DNA of 64,000 nucleotides from Thermodesulfobacteriota bacterium (GCA_964291405.2 OZ219926.1:1984001-2048000); one strand, 5' to 3'. Counted from the first letter of the stretch, positions 28,756 to 39,469 are shown. Notes: generated by a model not told the origin, from the sequence alone. Numbers and translations: made by a program.

Positions 28756-29195
28756 CTGCGCCACCGATAAGGGCCGGACGTCTTGCCCGGCCTCGGGAAT
28801 CACCTGGCTCATCCGTGCCCTCCACTCTTGCGGAGTGGCGCCGGCCTCCCTTCGAGCTGTAGCAAGGCTTTTTTTAACAAGGCGTTCTCCATTGTCAGCT
28901 GCCCTACCATCCGTTCCAACTCCGCTAGCTTCGCCTCGTCCTGATACGGCCGCCCGTTCCCCGCAAACGCCTCCTCGGCGTACCGGCGATGTCACTGCCG
29001 CCACTTGCCTACTTGCGTCGGATGCACTCGATATTCCCGCGCTACCTGGGCCACCGCCTTGCCCGCTTCGACTTCTCGGATCACCTGTAACTTAAATTCT
29101 CGGGTAAACTGTCGTCGCTTCAGTCCCACCTGCTGTCTCCCCTTTGACCACCACCACGAGCTTATCTCTGTGTCTCAGTCAAGGGGTGCAGTCCA
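28756..29195 (-). mobile_element. Truncated IS3-family element (left IR, orfA, start of orfB only)
   Basis: Minus strand begins TGGACTGCACCCCTTGACTGAGACA (29195-29171), an IS3-type IR; orfA HTH; A7G slippery run at ~28868-28875; no DDE domain. Confidence 0.8.
28809..29129 (-). pseudogene. IS3-family transposase OrfA with premature stop
   Basis: GTG start, MGLKRRQFTREFKLQVIREVEAGKAVAQVAREY..KWRQ*HRRY..LAELERMVGQLTMENALLKKA; TGA at 28994-28992; absent from the ORF track. Confidence 0.82.
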
Positions 29196-29215
29196 GACAC
29201 TTGCTACAGAGCCAC

Positions 29216-29300
29216 ATACGACGAGACCCTAAGGGAAGCACCCTCAGGGTCTCACGTGAATTCATGGGTCGGATCAAAGATATGGCTCGGGTGAGTGCCA
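29216..29300. repeat. Imperfect ~85-bp direct repeat, copy B
   Basis: Hairpin GAGACCCTAAGGG/CCCTCAGGGTCTC plus core shared with copy A; followed by a C10 run. Confidence 0.75.
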
Positions 29301-29320
29301 CCCCCCCCCCGACACCCCAA

Positions 29321-30043
29321 CTATTCTGGGACCGGGCGGGCGCGTTGGTTGTAGAGCATTTTGCGTAGCTGGTCTTTCTCTTCCTGAGAGAGCTTGGTGA
29401 CGTCGAAGCCGAGGTCGCTGCCGACGGCCATGCCTTTTTTGACGCCCTCGCGTTCCGAGAGTTCCTCGAACCAGCGCTTGAAGTACTTGAACTCGTTGAT
29501 GTCCTGGCCCTGGGACTCCCAGTTGACTGTCCAGGGGTAACAGATCATGTCGGCAATGGTGTATTCGTTCCCGGCCAGATAGGGCTGCCGGTATAACTGG
29601 TTGTTCATCACGCCGAACAGGCGGTTGACCTCATCCGTAAAGCGCCGGACCGCGTAGGTCTGATCGCCCTGGTCGTCGCCCAAACGACGAAAATGGCCGC
29701 ACTCGCCACTCTTGGGTCCCTGGTTGGCCATCTGCCACATCACCCACTGGTTCACGTCGTAACGAACGCGAACATCCTGGGGATAAAACTGCCCGGCCTT
29801 CTCGGCGATATACATCATCATCGCCCCGGACTCGAAGATGCTGATCGGCTCGCCCCCGCCGAGCGGCTCGTGGTCCACCAGGGCCGGCATGCGGTTATTG
29901 GGGCAGATTCCGAGAAACTCGTCCGTGAACTGATCCCCCTGGGCGATATTGCACGGGATCATATTGTACGGCATGCCGCACTCTTCCAGCAGAATGGTGA
30001 CTTTCTTGCCGTTCGGGGTGGGCCAGTAGTGTAAATCAATCAT
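29321..30043 (-). CDS. Glutathione S-transferase, YfcG-like (nu class)
   Basis: WPTPNG.K, PNNRMPA, IFESGA, WQMANQGP, YTIADM. Confidence 0.92.
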   Translation of the reverse strand: MIDLHYWPTPNGKKVTILLEECGMPYNMIPCNIAQGDQFTDEFLGICPNNRMPALVDHEPLGGGEPISIFESGAMMMYIAEKAGQFYPQDVRVRYDVNQWVMWQMANQGPKSGECGHFRRLGDDQGDQTYAVRRFTDEVNRLFGVMNNQLYRQPYLAGNEYTIADMICYPWTVNWESQGQDINEFKYFKRWFEELSEREGVKKGMAVGSDLGFDVTKLSQEEKDQLRKMLYNQRARPVPE

Positions 30044-30071
30044 ACGTTCTTCCTCCTGAGGGTTGATTCAT

Positions 30072-30917
30072 CTAGCTCATACTCGATATAAAAGCGGCGT
30101 ACTTATCCAGAATCGGCAGGACTTTGTCTCGGCTCTCGGACGGGACGGCGAAAATGGAGCGTTCAATCCCCAGTTCCTGATACTGGTTGATAATCGCTTC
30201 CTCGGCCGGGGCCATAAAAGCGGAGACGGCCAGGTCCGAGGCCTGACGCCCGAACTTTTCCGCCCGCGCGTGCATATCGCCGATCCAGCCCTTGAGATCG
30301 GGAATTCTCGGCCCAATCGGAATCCAGCCGTCGCAGTAGTTGGCGACCCGATTCAAACCGCCTGGAGTGTGAGCGCCTAACAGAATGGGCGGATAGGGTT
30401 TCTGTAGCGGTTTGGGGTAGGACCAGATCGGATCGAAGTTCACAAACTCGCCGTGATACTCGGCTTCCTCCTCCGTCCAGATCGCCTTCATGGCCTCGAT
30501 TTTTTCTCTCAGAATCTTCCAACGTCTATCAAAGGGGGTGCCGTGATTTTCCATTTCTTCGGCATTCCAGCCGCCGCCGATCCCGAACAGCAGGCGGCCG
30601 TTCGAGAGCTGGTCTACCGTGGCCACTTCCTTGGCCAGCTTGATGGGGTCGTGTTCCTGCACCAGACAGATGCCACTGCCGACCTTGATCGTTTTCGTGG
30701 CGGCCGCAGCGGCCATCAGCGACGCGAACAAATCGTGGGTATGCCAATAGTCCCTGGGTAACTCCCCGCCACCCGGCCACGGGCTGCGCCGACTGGCCGG
30801 AATATGGGTGTGTTCCGGATACCAGACCGACTCAAAGCCGCGGTCTTCACACTCTTTGGCAAAATCGTCGGGACGGATGGCGTAATCCGTGGCGAACATG
30901 ACAATACCATATTTCAT
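30072..30917 (-). CDS. LLM-class probable F420-dependent oxidoreductase
   Basis: GFESVWYPEHTHIP, LAKEVATVDQLSNGR, GGGWNAEE, PKPLQKPYPP. Confidence 0.9.
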   Translation of the reverse strand: MKYGIVMFATDYAIRPDDFAKECEDRGFESVWYPEHTHIPASRRSPWPGGGELPRDYWHTHDLFASLMAAAAATKTIKVGSGICLVQEHDPIKLAKEVATVDQLSNGRLLFGIGGGWNAEEMENHGTPFDRRWKILREKIEAMKAIWTEEEAEYHGEFVNFDPIWSYPKPLQKPYPPILLGAHTPGGLNRVANYCDGWIPIGPRIPDLKGWIGDMHARAEKFGRQASDLAVSAFMAPAEEAIINQYQELGIERSIFAVPSESRDKVLPILDKYAAFISSMS

Positions 30918-30984
30918 GCTTTCCTCCTTTTATTAAAAGCTCTGTGCACTTCATGCGAATTCCACAGGGGAGTCAAGCCACAAC

Positions 30985-31010
30985 GTAGGGGCGACCCCCC
31001 GTGGTTGCCC
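30985..31010 (+). repeat. GTAG-type REP-like hairpin
   Basis: GTAG followed by GGGCGACC-loop-GGTTGCCC. Confidence 0.55.
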
Positions 31011-31071
31011 TTCCCAATACCTCATCTCCAGCCCCGTCCGCTTGGACCCCCGCACCGTATTCGCTCCGGTG

Positions 31072-31956
31072 TTATAAACTGCTGTACCACTTGGCCAATT
31101 CGGTCCCGATGAGATGGGGGTTGTCCTCTTGGACGAAATGAATGCCCGCGCCAATGTCGACCACTTGCAGATTCGGGAGATTTTGCTGACACCACGCAAC
31201 GGCTTGGGCATCGATGATCCCTCCTGGGGTGGCGGACAAGAGCAACTTCGGCAGCCGGGATTGCTGGAGTTTGCGGTTGTACTCCTCCACCATCGCCACG
31301 ACGGCGGCGGGCTCCCCCGCGATCGGAATCTCGTTCGGCCACCGCCACAACGGCTTGCGACTCGGCGGGTCGATGTACGGCGCCCGGTAGTGGTCCATTT
31401 CGGCGTCCGTGAGGTCGCGAACGACCAACGAGGGCAAGACCTGCTCCACGAACATATGCTGATTGACGATCATGTCCCAGCCGACCTCCGGGGTCCGGAA
31501 GGCTTGAAACGTCTCCTTTAGGTCCGGGGGCATCGCGTCCCAACTCGGGATTGGCATTAAAATCGCCTCCATGAACGCAAGCGCCTTGATGTTCGCTTCG
31601 TTGCGCATGGCATAGTGGAACCCTAAGGCCGAGCCCCAGTCGTGAATGACGAGGGTGAGATTCTGTAAGCCGAGCGTTTCAATAAAGCCCTCGACGTATT
31701 GGGCGTGATCAAAAAATGAATAGTCGATATCGGGCTTGTCCGATTTGCCCATCCCGATCAGATCCATAGCGATACAGCGCGCATGGGATTGGACGTGGGG
31801 GATAATATTCCGCCACAGATACGACGAGGTCGGATTCCCGTGCAGGAACAGCACGGGATCGCCGTTGCCTTCCTCGATATAATGAATCCGCGAACCGTGC
31901 ACCTCCGCGTAGTGGGATGCATAAGGGAAATCCGCTGAAATGGCTTGAGTCTTCAT
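31072..31956 (-). CDS. dhaA: Haloalkane dehalogenase (HLD-II, DhaA-like)
   Basis: [35 protein letters not shown]: full N/D/W/E/H pentad; start MKTQAIS. Confidence 0.92.
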   Translation of the reverse strand: MKTQAISADFPYASHYAEVHGSRIHYIEEGNGDPVLFLHGNPTSSYLWRNIIPHVQSHARCIAMDLIGMGKSDKPDIDYSFFDHAQYVEGFIETLGLQNLTLVIHDWGSALGFHYAMRNEANIKALAFMEAILMPIPSWDAMPPDLKETFQAFRTPEVGWDMIVNQHMFVEQVLPSLVVRDLTDAEMDHYRAPYIDPPSRKPLWRWPNEIPIAGEPAAVVAMVEEYNRKLQQSRLPKLLLSATPGGIIDAQAVAWCQQNLPNLQVVDIGAGIHFVQEDNPHLIGTELAKWYSSL

Positions 31957-32005
31957 GGTGTGTTTCCTTTTGTGTACAGTCTCCGTTCCCGGATGGATGT
32001 CGGCT

Positions 32006-32755
32006 CTACCACGGCTCAACCCACGGCCGTAGCACGATCTCAAAGGCCCAGGTCGAGCGGGGCTGTCGGTGGAGTTGCAGATAGGTCTCGGCGATAGCGT
32101 CCGGGTCCGCCATATTGTCGTCGACCGTTGTTCCGGCCAGACGATGCCAACGGGTTCCGTCTTCCTGGGTCCAACCGATGGCCGCGTCAATCGGTACGTG
32201 GGCAATATGGATGCCCTTGGGCATCAGCTCTCTGGCCATACTCTCTGCCAGACCCGATTTGCCCTGACAGGCCATCGCAAACGCCCCGCTCCTCGGGTAG
32301 CCCTTATAGGCCGCGCTGGCATTGGTGAAGATAACGGTCCCCCGATGACCGTCGGCACCGGGCGGGTGGGCCAGCATACTTTTTGTCGCCTGTTGACCCA
32401 CGAGGAAGGCGCTATATGCGGAGTTCAGCAGGGTGTCGCGCACCAAGCCGGGGTCGGCCTCCGCGAGGTCTTTGCGGAAAATGTCCGGGGTCCGGCCGTC
32501 GATATTGTGTACGACCAGCGTAGGCCGTCCGAGATCATTCTGCACCGCTTGAAACAGTGCCTCCACGGCCTCGGGCTCCCGCGCGTCGCACGCATAGCAC
32601 CGCACGCCATACTCGCTCGTCAGTTTCTTGAGTACGGGTTTATCCGGGGTGCGGGCGGCAACGGCCACCTGCATGCCCTCGCGGGCAAAAAGCCGGGCGC
32701 AACTCGCGCTCGTTCCTGGACCGGCCCCGACGATCAGGGCTACCTCTGTTGTCAT
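32006..32755 (-). CDS. Atypical SDR oxidoreductase
   Basis: [42 protein letters not shown]; YxxxK absent. Confidence 0.82.
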   Translation of the reverse strand: MTTEVALIVGAGPGTSASCARLFAREGMQVAVAARTPDKPVLKKLTSEYGVRCYACDAREPEAVEALFQAVQNDLGRPTLVVHNIDGRTPDIFRKDLAEADPGLVRDTLLNSAYSAFLVGQQATKSMLAHPPGADGHRGTVIFTNASAAYKGYPRSGAFAMACQGKSGLAESMARELMPKGIHIAHVPIDAAIGWTQEDGTRWHRLAGTTVDDNMADPDAIAETYLQLHRQPRSTWAFEIVLRPWVEPW

Positions 32756-32931
32756 AGGATTCTCCTCTCGGGTCGTGTGGAACAGGATAATGTTCCGTTT
32801 GTTCTGTCCATGCGCTGCCACCTGTGTCGTCACTCGTGAGCGTAGTCAACAGGCCGGGACTGTCAAGCAATAGAAGGCGGACACGCAAGCGCAATTATCA
32901 AGCTCGCCGGGGATGTGCGCTTTTAGCGGTC

Positions 32932-34206
32932 TTATTGAGTAGACTCATACTCGACACTTTCCTCACAGCCTGGCGGGCGGAAGCTCCAGTTGAAAGGTTT
33001 CTTGCCCAGCAGTTGGCCGTTATAGCTCGCAGGGTCAGCAGGTGCATCCGGGTGGTGCAGGATGCTGCAAAAATGTGCCTCAAATACGGTCCCTGTTACA
33101 GGGATCCCATTCGCGTCCAGGTCTACCGCGCTCATGCCGAGAGTCACGTGTCGCTGGTACTGCGTATCCCACTTGAACGTGAGTCCCAGGATATTCCGGG
33201 CGACCCCGGCCTCCGTATAAAATACCGTCCACAACGGCTCGAACGTGACCGTGTCGAGCCACAGCGCCACATACCCAGAGCCGGCCCCTTTGTGAGCGCG
33301 TTTGCCGACCACCAGGAAGGCCGGACGGAGCATCCACTGGTCGTCTGCAAACCAGCGGTTGGCGGGCAAATACTGGGGAAACTCGTGCCGACTGTCGAAT
33401 GCCGTCAAGACCGGGCGCTCGCCCAGCATCTCCCAGTCATAAAAAAAGAACTGCCCTTCCCAGCCAAAGGCATGCTCGCGAGTGAATTGGGTCCCCGCCA
33501 TTTTATCGCCCCGCGTGGTCGACCCCTGGCGCGGCCGACGCATCTTCATATTATATACATAAAAGCTCTCGGCTTTGTCCCGCGCCCACGGTAGCCAACC
33601 CATCATTTCGTTGTCCTTTTGGTCGCCTGGGGCGAGCGTCAGCGCGCGGAGGCCGAAGCCCTGCGGCCCCCAGCCATTCCAGCCATTGATGATAAGGGTC
33701 CGATGAGGATTTGGGCCTGAGCCACGAAAGGTATGCCCGAGATACTCAAAGCTCCCGCCCCGATTCCGACACAACAGGTTCCAGACGGCTTTCAGTCCGG
33801 CGCGGTTCGCGTCGGGAGCGAGGCCTGGAAAGGGCAGCTCTCGCCCGCAGCGCGTCGTATCATCGAGTTCACCGTTCGGTTTTAGTTGATGGACCCTGTC
33901 CGAAACCAGAACATCATACGTACGGGAGGCGACCACATCGAGCGCAGGGGCTGTGCCATTGGTCGCCTCGGAGGCCAGCAGTTGGGGCGCATTGGGCGGG
34001 AGCACTCCGCCCAATTCCTCAGCCGGGTAGGAACCGGGCGGAAGCGTCCGTGGGGTGGCGGTTTGCGTCAACCACATCCTGAGTTCCGCCGGCACCGCTG
34101 GGCCGGACACGTCTTGGGGACCGGCTTCCTGGGCCTCACCAGACCCCCCGGTCAACACCACAAGCCCAACCCACCAACTGATCAAGATCCGAACGCTTCG
34201 ATACAT
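32932..34206 (-). CDS. Exported DUF1329-like protein
   Basis: Signal peptide; LPFP..P..AG.K.VWN, YVY....RRPR, D.W.LRP..VV, LWLD..T. Confidence 0.6.
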   Translation of the reverse strand: MYRSVRILISWWVGLVVLTGGSGEAQEAGPQDVSGPAVPAELRMWLTQTATPRTLPPGSYPAEELGGVLPPNAPQLLASEATNGTAPALDVVASRTYDVLVSDRVHQLKPNGELDDTTRCGRELPFPGLAPDANRAGLKAVWNLLCRNRGGSFEYLGHTFRGSGPNPHRTLIINGWNGWGPQGFGLRALTLAPGDQKDNEMMGWLPWARDKAESFYVYNMKMRRPRQGSTTRGDKMAGTQFTREHAFGWEGQFFFYDWEMLGERPVLTAFDSRHEFPQYLPANRWFADDQWMLRPAFLVVGKRAHKGAGSGYVALWLDTVTFEPLWTVFYTEAGVARNILGLTFKWDTQYQRHVTLGMSAVDLDANGIPVTGTVFEAHFCSILHHPDAPADPASYNGQLLGKKPFNWSFRPPGCEESVEYESTQ

Positions 34207-34326
34207 TATTAAGCTCTCCTCCTTGGACAACTTCTGATATCTTACGGAGCTGTTAGGTAAGGCGCATCGGCCTGTGTGTCAAGTCAGATTTGACGAAGGG
34301 CGGAAGAGACGGCCAAAGATGCGCCT

Positions 34327-35916
34327 TCAGGCGAACCAGTTCTCGGTGTGCAGTTGCGCCCAGATTTTTTGTACAACCGCGCCGCCTTGTTGCTGCACCC
34401 GTGTGGCGTCATCACTCACAAACCGACCGTGAAAAATCTGGAATTGACCGTCGACCATCACATGCCGAACGCTCAGGCCATGGGCGTAGAGCAGATTGTT
34501 GAGCGGCTCGGGAGGGACAGCTCCGCTGCCGGTCAGAAAACCGGTGACATCAATCGTACACAGGTCCGCTTTGGCCCCCGGCGCAATGCGGCCCAGATCA
34601 TCTCGTCCGAGGCCCTGAGCAGCTCCCAAGGTTGCCCCTTGGACGGCATCCCAAATGGTTGGCAGTTGTAACGGGACGGCGCTGCTCGCCTGTAAGAGTC
34701 GGGCGCGGGCCCGGCCGTAGAGCACGGCGAGTTTCAGGTTTTCGATATAATCGTTTGAGTGCGTGTCGATGCCAATCGTTGTGCGGACACCAGCGGCCAA
34801 GGCTTCGGGGTAGGGCTGCGTGCCGCTACTGCCGCCAGCGCCATTACCAGACGGACAGTGAGCATAGGTCAACTGCTTGCCGGCTAAAAACGGAAGGTCG
34901 TGCTGGATATCAATCCCGGTGAAATGGGCACCAAAGATACGCTCGGAGTAAAAGCCAAGTTCGTCTAACCATTCCGCTGGCCGTTTGCCCCATAAGCGCT
35001 GAACTGTTTTTGTCTCTTGGGCACTTTGTGACAAGTGAATATGAATCCCGTTACCGATTTCTTTGGCTGCGGCCAGAATGGCTGCCATCGTCGTGGGCGT
35101 ATGCGTGTCCGTGGCATGGGGGGCCATTTGGGGGCAAATCCGCCCGTCTTCACTGCCGTTATGGGTCAGAGCAAAGTGTCGATTCGCCGCAATCTCAGCC
35201 AAGGTCTCCTGTTCTGAGTCGGTCAGGACTTGATCCGAATTCCGAAACCAGATGGGAAACAGCCGCGCAATACCGGGAATCATACCGCCGGGATAGCCTC
35301 GCACGCCCCAACGCTTAGCAATGCGAACGTACGATTCCGCCTGACGTAAACTCAGACTCATTTCAACATGGGTTGTACAGCCCGAGCGGAGCAACTCCGC
35401 CACGTTATAGGCGGTCAAGACATCGAGGTCTTCGGTGCTCAGAGACTCGACCAGCTCAAGTGGTCGGGCATACGAGCGACCCCCCTCAATAATCCCCCGG
35501 GTTGGGGTGGCTGAACAGGTATGGGTATGACCCGAAATAAAACCCGGCAGCAACAGTTGACCGCTAGCTCGGATACGCGGCGTATCGCCCTGGAGCTGGC
35601 CACTTTTGACTTCCTCGATACGGTCTCTCCGTACCCGAACCGAGCAGTCCGGCCAAAGCTGCAAGCGTCCATTGTGAAAAACCAGCCCCCACGGCGCTTC
35701 GATGATACAGTCGTGGTGGGGTGGTTTTTCTCGCAGTGGGAGCGGGTTGGCAAAAAGAGGAGACGGGCGGCGAGAGGCCGGCGCGCCAAAAGCCGCACCC
35801 GCAAGACTGCCTTGGACCAGGAGCTGACGGCGGGTGAAACTGTTTTCAGCGTGCTCGCCCGGCGCTTCTGGACTGCTACAGACAAAGCAAGCGCCGTGAA
35901 GATCTGGATCAGCCAT
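34327..35916 (-). CDS. Amidohydrolase (ATZ/TRZ-SsnA-like) with TAT-like leader, paralog 1
   Basis: LLPGFISGHTH, HIH, AHCP, GID, GRIAPGAKADL; TRRQLL leader. Confidence 0.88.
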   Translation of the reverse strand: MADPDLHGACFVCSSPEAPGEHAENSFTRRQLLVQGSLAGAAFGAPASRRPSPLFANPLPLREKPPHHDCIIEAPWGLVFHNGRLQLWPDCSVRVRRDRIEEVKSGQLQGDTPRIRASGQLLLPGFISGHTHTCSATPTRGIIEGGRSYARPLELVESLSTEDLDVLTAYNVAELLRSGCTTHVEMSLSLRQAESYVRIAKRWGVRGYPGGMIPGIARLFPIWFRNSDQVLTDSEQETLAEIAANRHFALTHNGSEDGRICPQMAPHATDTHTPTTMAAILAAAKEIGNGIHIHLSQSAQETKTVQRLWGKRPAEWLDELGFYSERIFGAHFTGIDIQHDLPFLAGKQLTYAHCPSGNGAGGSSGTQPYPEALAAGVRTTIGIDTHSNDYIENLKLAVLYGRARARLLQASSAVPLQLPTIWDAVQGATLGAAQGLGRDDLGRIAPGAKADLCTIDVTGFLTGSGAVPPEPLNNLLYAHGLSVRHVMVDGQFQIFHGRFVSDDATRVQQQGGAVVQKIWAQLHTENWFA

Positions 35917-36034
35917 CGTCCTCTTTCCTTATCTACCGGTACGAGGTGTAAGCCTACGCTCCTGGACCGCTTTGGTCCAGAGTTTTTTGCCCTTGGGTAA
36001 AGTGATACAGCGAAGAGATAAGGAGGGTAGCGAG

Positions 36035-38188
36035 ATGAATCGTCACAGGTCTGGTGGACTCTTCGTTGGCGGGACGGTGCTGATGGGACTGCTCCTCATA
36101 GGCGGTGCGCAGGTAGCGGCTCATCAGCGCCATCCGAACGGAAAATTGCAACTCGCCTGGCGGACGGAGCATATCCGCGCGGTCACCGCAATCGATATGG
36201 ACGCCCGCACGAGCGGGGCGGCACCGTTCCGCTCGACCGACGCAGCCAGAGTCGAGCAGCGTGACGGCCGCCAGTGTGTCGTTGGCGCACTCTTGATGTT
36301 CGATGTCGATGATGCCTTTGCGTTTAATATTGATGAAATCGTGACCGTCGAACTCGTCCTGGACCGTAAAACGAGCACCGGCCTGGTGTACTATCATGAC
36401 CGGGCGGGCCGTCGCCCCCAGGCCGAGACGGTCCGCTTTGCCCAGGATACACCACGTTGGGCGAGCGTCGCGCTCACCCTGGAGCATGCTCGCTTTGCCA
36501 ACCGACTATTAACCGCAGCCGACTTTGCGTTGGCTGCGCCAGGGATAGACCTGACCGGATCGAAACCTGGAGATTCGCCAGAGATTGCCGTCTGTGACCT
36601 GCGCCTCAAACGGGAGGGGAAACCCGCTCTGCATACCGGCCCGAGAGGGACGCTGCGACTCCAGGTGCGTGATGGGGTAAAACGCGCGCTGACCCCGGCC
36701 CGCATCGGTCTGTACGACGCGCACGGTCGTCTACCCTTGCCAAGTCAATCGGCCCTGGCGTTTACGCGCTGGGAAGACGAGACAATCTCCCAGAGCGAGT
36801 TGATTCCCGGTGTCGAAAAATGGTTGCACGACGGGCGGTATGTGTTTTTCATTGACGGCAGGTACGAAGCCGAACTTGAGGCCGGAAGCTATGATCTCGT
36901 GATTGGCAAGGGGCCTGAGTATCGCGTTCTCCAACGCCAGATCACGATCACTGCGGGTGAGCGCACCGCGCTTGATATATCACTCCCACGTTGGATAGAT
37001 ATGCCAGCCCACGGCTGGTATTCCGGGGACGATCATATCCATATGCAGCGCACAGCCGAAGACAACGCCTGGATTTCAGCCTTCATGCGGGCGCAGGACG
37101 TCCATGTCGCAAACCTCCTGCAAATGGGCAATCCGAGTGGGTATTTTTTCTCGCAATACGCTTTTGGACCCACCGGGCAGTATCTACTCGATCAGTATGC
37201 CCTAGTGACGGGCCAGGAATCTCCGCGCACCATGCAGCTCGGCCATACCATCGGCCTGAACGGTACGCAGTACCATCATCCATTAGCGTATTTTCTGTAT
37301 AACAAAACCGCCTCAGCGGTACGGCAGGACGGTGGGCTGTTCGGGTATGCGCACACGGGGCTGGACTTCTTCGCCCAGCTCTCCGGCGCTCCCGCCGGCC
37401 TAGCCTTGGACCTGGTGGACGGACTGGTCGATTTTGTGGAGGTCTTGCAGTTCGGACAGCTAGGCACGGGACTGTGGTACGATTTCCTCAATCTGGGGTT
37501 TCGGCTCACACCGTCAGCCGGCTCGGACTGGCCCTATCTGAGCTTGCCGGGCGCTGATCGCTACTACGCTCAGGTTGCAGGCGAGTTCTCGCCCCAGGCG
37601 TTCTTTGACGGCATGAAAGCCGGCCGGCTCTTTGTCACCAACGGTCCTCTGCTTGAGCTGGATGTCGGCGGGCAGTCCATGGGAGCTGAACTCCAGGCAA
37701 AACCTGGACAGACAATCAGGCTCAAGGCCGTTGCGCGCCAGAATCCCGACTTCGGCTCGCTCGACCGTCTGGAACTCGTCGTGCACGGCAACGTGATCAA
37801 GACAGCAAAAGCCAAGCCCGGCGCCGAGACGGTGGAGTTGGTCCACGAATTACAGCCCCAAACGAGTCTGTGGTTGGCCGTGCGTGCCTTTGGCTCAGAG
37901 ATGGGGGTGGCGCACAGCGCGCCCGTCTATATTGCAGTCGACGGTCACAAGCGCTGCTGGAAGAAAGAGGCAGTCCCGGAGCTGGTCGCGCGCTACAAGG
38001 CTGCCCTGGAAGCGCTGGCATCACTGGAAATCGATTGGGCGGCACAACACGAGAAAGACAGTCTGTCGCCCGAGTGGCTCCGCCTCCACTGGAACGCCCA
38101 GAGAGAGGCCCTACAGCAACGCGTGAAAACAGCTCTCACCTGGTACGATAGCTTGCTCGCAGAAGCGTCCGCCGAGACCCCTGAATGA
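36035..38188 (+). CDS. Secreted CehA/McbA-family (PHP-like) metallohydrolase
   Basis: Signal peptide; GWYSGDDHIH, GQE, YAH, WYDFLNLG..SAGSD, FVTNGP. Confidence 0.82.
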   Translation: MNRHRSGGLFVGGTVLMGLLLIGGAQVAAHQRHPNGKLQLAWRTEHIRAVTAIDMDARTSGAAPFRSTDAARVEQRDGRQCVVGALLMFDVDDAFAFNIDEIVTVELVLDRKTSTGLVYYHDRAGRRPQAETVRFAQDTPRWASVALTLEHARFANRLLTAADFALAAPGIDLTGSKPGDSPEIAVCDLRLKREGKPALHTGPRGTLRLQVRDGVKRALTPARIGLYDAHGRLPLPSQSALAFTRWEDETISQSELIPGVEKWLHDGRYVFFIDGRYEAELEAGSYDLVIGKGPEYRVLQRQITITAGERTALDISLPRWIDMPAHGWYSGDDHIHMQRTAEDNAWISAFMRAQDVHVANLLQMGNPSGYFFSQYAFGPTGQYLLDQYALVTGQESPRTMQLGHTIGLNGTQYHHPLAYFLYNKTASAVRQDGGLFGYAHTGLDFFAQLSGAPAGLALDLVDGLVDFVEVLQFGQLGTGLWYDFLNLGFRLTPSAGSDWPYLSLPGADRYYAQVAGEFSPQAFFDGMKAGRLFVTNGPLLELDVGGQSMGAELQAKPGQTIRLKAVARQNPDFGSLDRLELVVHGNVIKTAKAKPGAETVELVHELQPQTSLWLAVRAFGSEMGVAHSAPVYIAVDGHKRCWKKEAVPELVARYKAALEALASLEIDWAAQHEKDSLSPEWLRLHWNAQREALQQRVKTALTWYDSLLAEASAETPE

Positions 38189-38350
38189 CCCGGCTACACA
38201 GGAGACAATACTTCCTGCTGCCCTGCTGCGTTGCATCCCGTTCTTTCACCTGCCGTCGGCAAGCTTACGGCGTGGGGCGGTGAAGTCTGACTTGCTTCCC
38301 GGCGGGCTGGTTGTGTATGCTTGGGGCGAAACGCACGACGAGGGGAATAT

Positions 38351-39427
38351 ATGAGCCAGGTGAACACGGACCGCGTCTTCGTGAAAAAATCGTATCCGGT
38401 GAGCGATAAAGATATCATCCCGGTGTTGGACCTCGGACCGTTTCTGGCCGGAGACCCCGGCGCGCTGGCCCGCCTGGGTCAGGAGGTCTGCCAGGCGCTT
38501 GAAGACATCGGCTTCTTTTTTATCAAAAATCACGGCGTGTCCCAGGATTTAGTTGACCGCGTGTTCGCCGAAAACGCCCGTTTTCATGCGCTGCCGCCTG
38601 CGCGCAAACTGTCCGTCAAGGTCGATGGCAAAGGCATCGGCTATATGCCGCCGGGGCTTCAGCATCCCAAATACAAGCAGGACGAACCGGCCCGTAAGCC
38701 TGATATTGGCGAAGCGTTTTTCATCGGGCGTGAGGCCCAGTCCAGGAGTCGGGACGGCGGTGCGCCCGACCCGCTGTATCAGGGCGGCAATCAATGGCCA
38801 GAGGATTTACCCGGCTTTCGGGAGACCCTGGTCGAGTATTTCGACGCTATGGAAGCGCTCAGCCTGCGTCTGCTGCCGGTGTACGCCACCGCCCTGGGCC
38901 TGCCCATACATTTCTTTGATGACGCTTTTCTACACTCGCGACCGATGGGGATTCTACGTTTGTCCCACTATCCCGAGACCCCCTGTGAGGAAAACCAATT
39001 TAATGCCTCGCCGCATATTGACGGCGACTTTATTACGTTTCTGGCCCAGTCCGAGGTGCCCGGTCTGGAACTGCGGACCTCGGAGAAAAAATGGATTCAG
39101 GCGCCGGTGCTGGACGGGACGTTTCTGGTCAATGCGGGCGAGATTCTTCGCTTGTGGAGTAACGGCCGGTTTCGAGCAACGTTTCACCGCGCCATCAACC
39201 GCTCGGGTCGCGACCGCTATGCGATTCCGTTTTTCTACAGTCCCAGCCCGGACACCCTGATTGAGTGCGTGGAGACCTGCTGCGACGCCGAGCATCCGCC
39301 CCAGTATCGGCCGGTGACGGTCCGTGAGTATACCGAGTGGTTCTCACACAAGGTCTTCGTCCATCTCAAGGACAAGCCGGGGCGGTCGCCGTACTATGAA
39401 GGGGACCGGCCTGACAGTGTGGCCTAA
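38351..39427 (+). CDS. 2-oxoglutarate/Fe(II) oxygenase, isopenicillin N synthase family
   Basis: IPVLDL, GFF..NHG, HID (HxD), WSNGRF..TFHR, RYAIPFF. Confidence 0.9.
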   Translation: MSQVNTDRVFVKKSYPVSDKDIIPVLDLGPFLAGDPGALARLGQEVCQALEDIGFFFIKNHGVSQDLVDRVFAENARFHALPPARKLSVKVDGKGIGYMPPGLQHPKYKQDEPARKPDIGEAFFIGREAQSRSRDGGAPDPLYQGGNQWPEDLPGFRETLVEYFDAMEALSLRLLPVYATALGLPIHFFDDAFLHSRPMGILRLSHYPETPCEENQFNASPHIDGDFITFLAQSEVPGLELRTSEKKWIQAPVLDGTFLVNAGEILRLWSNGRFRATFHRAINRSGRDRYAIPFFYSPSPDTLIECVETCCDAEHPPQYRPVTVREYTEWFSHKVFVHLKDKPGRSPYYEGDRPDSVA

Positions 39428-39469
39428 GACAGTCTGAGAGTGTAACTCAAATCAAAGGAGGAAGCGGAT

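Noticed and set aside
28992-28994. In-frame TGA in IS3 orfA as selenocysteine
   Set aside because: Not a conserved Cys position and the element is truncated; ordinary nonsense decay.
29301-29310. C10 homopolymer as a phase-variation tract
   Set aside because: It lies downstream of the GST stop, outside any supported CDS or evident promoter.
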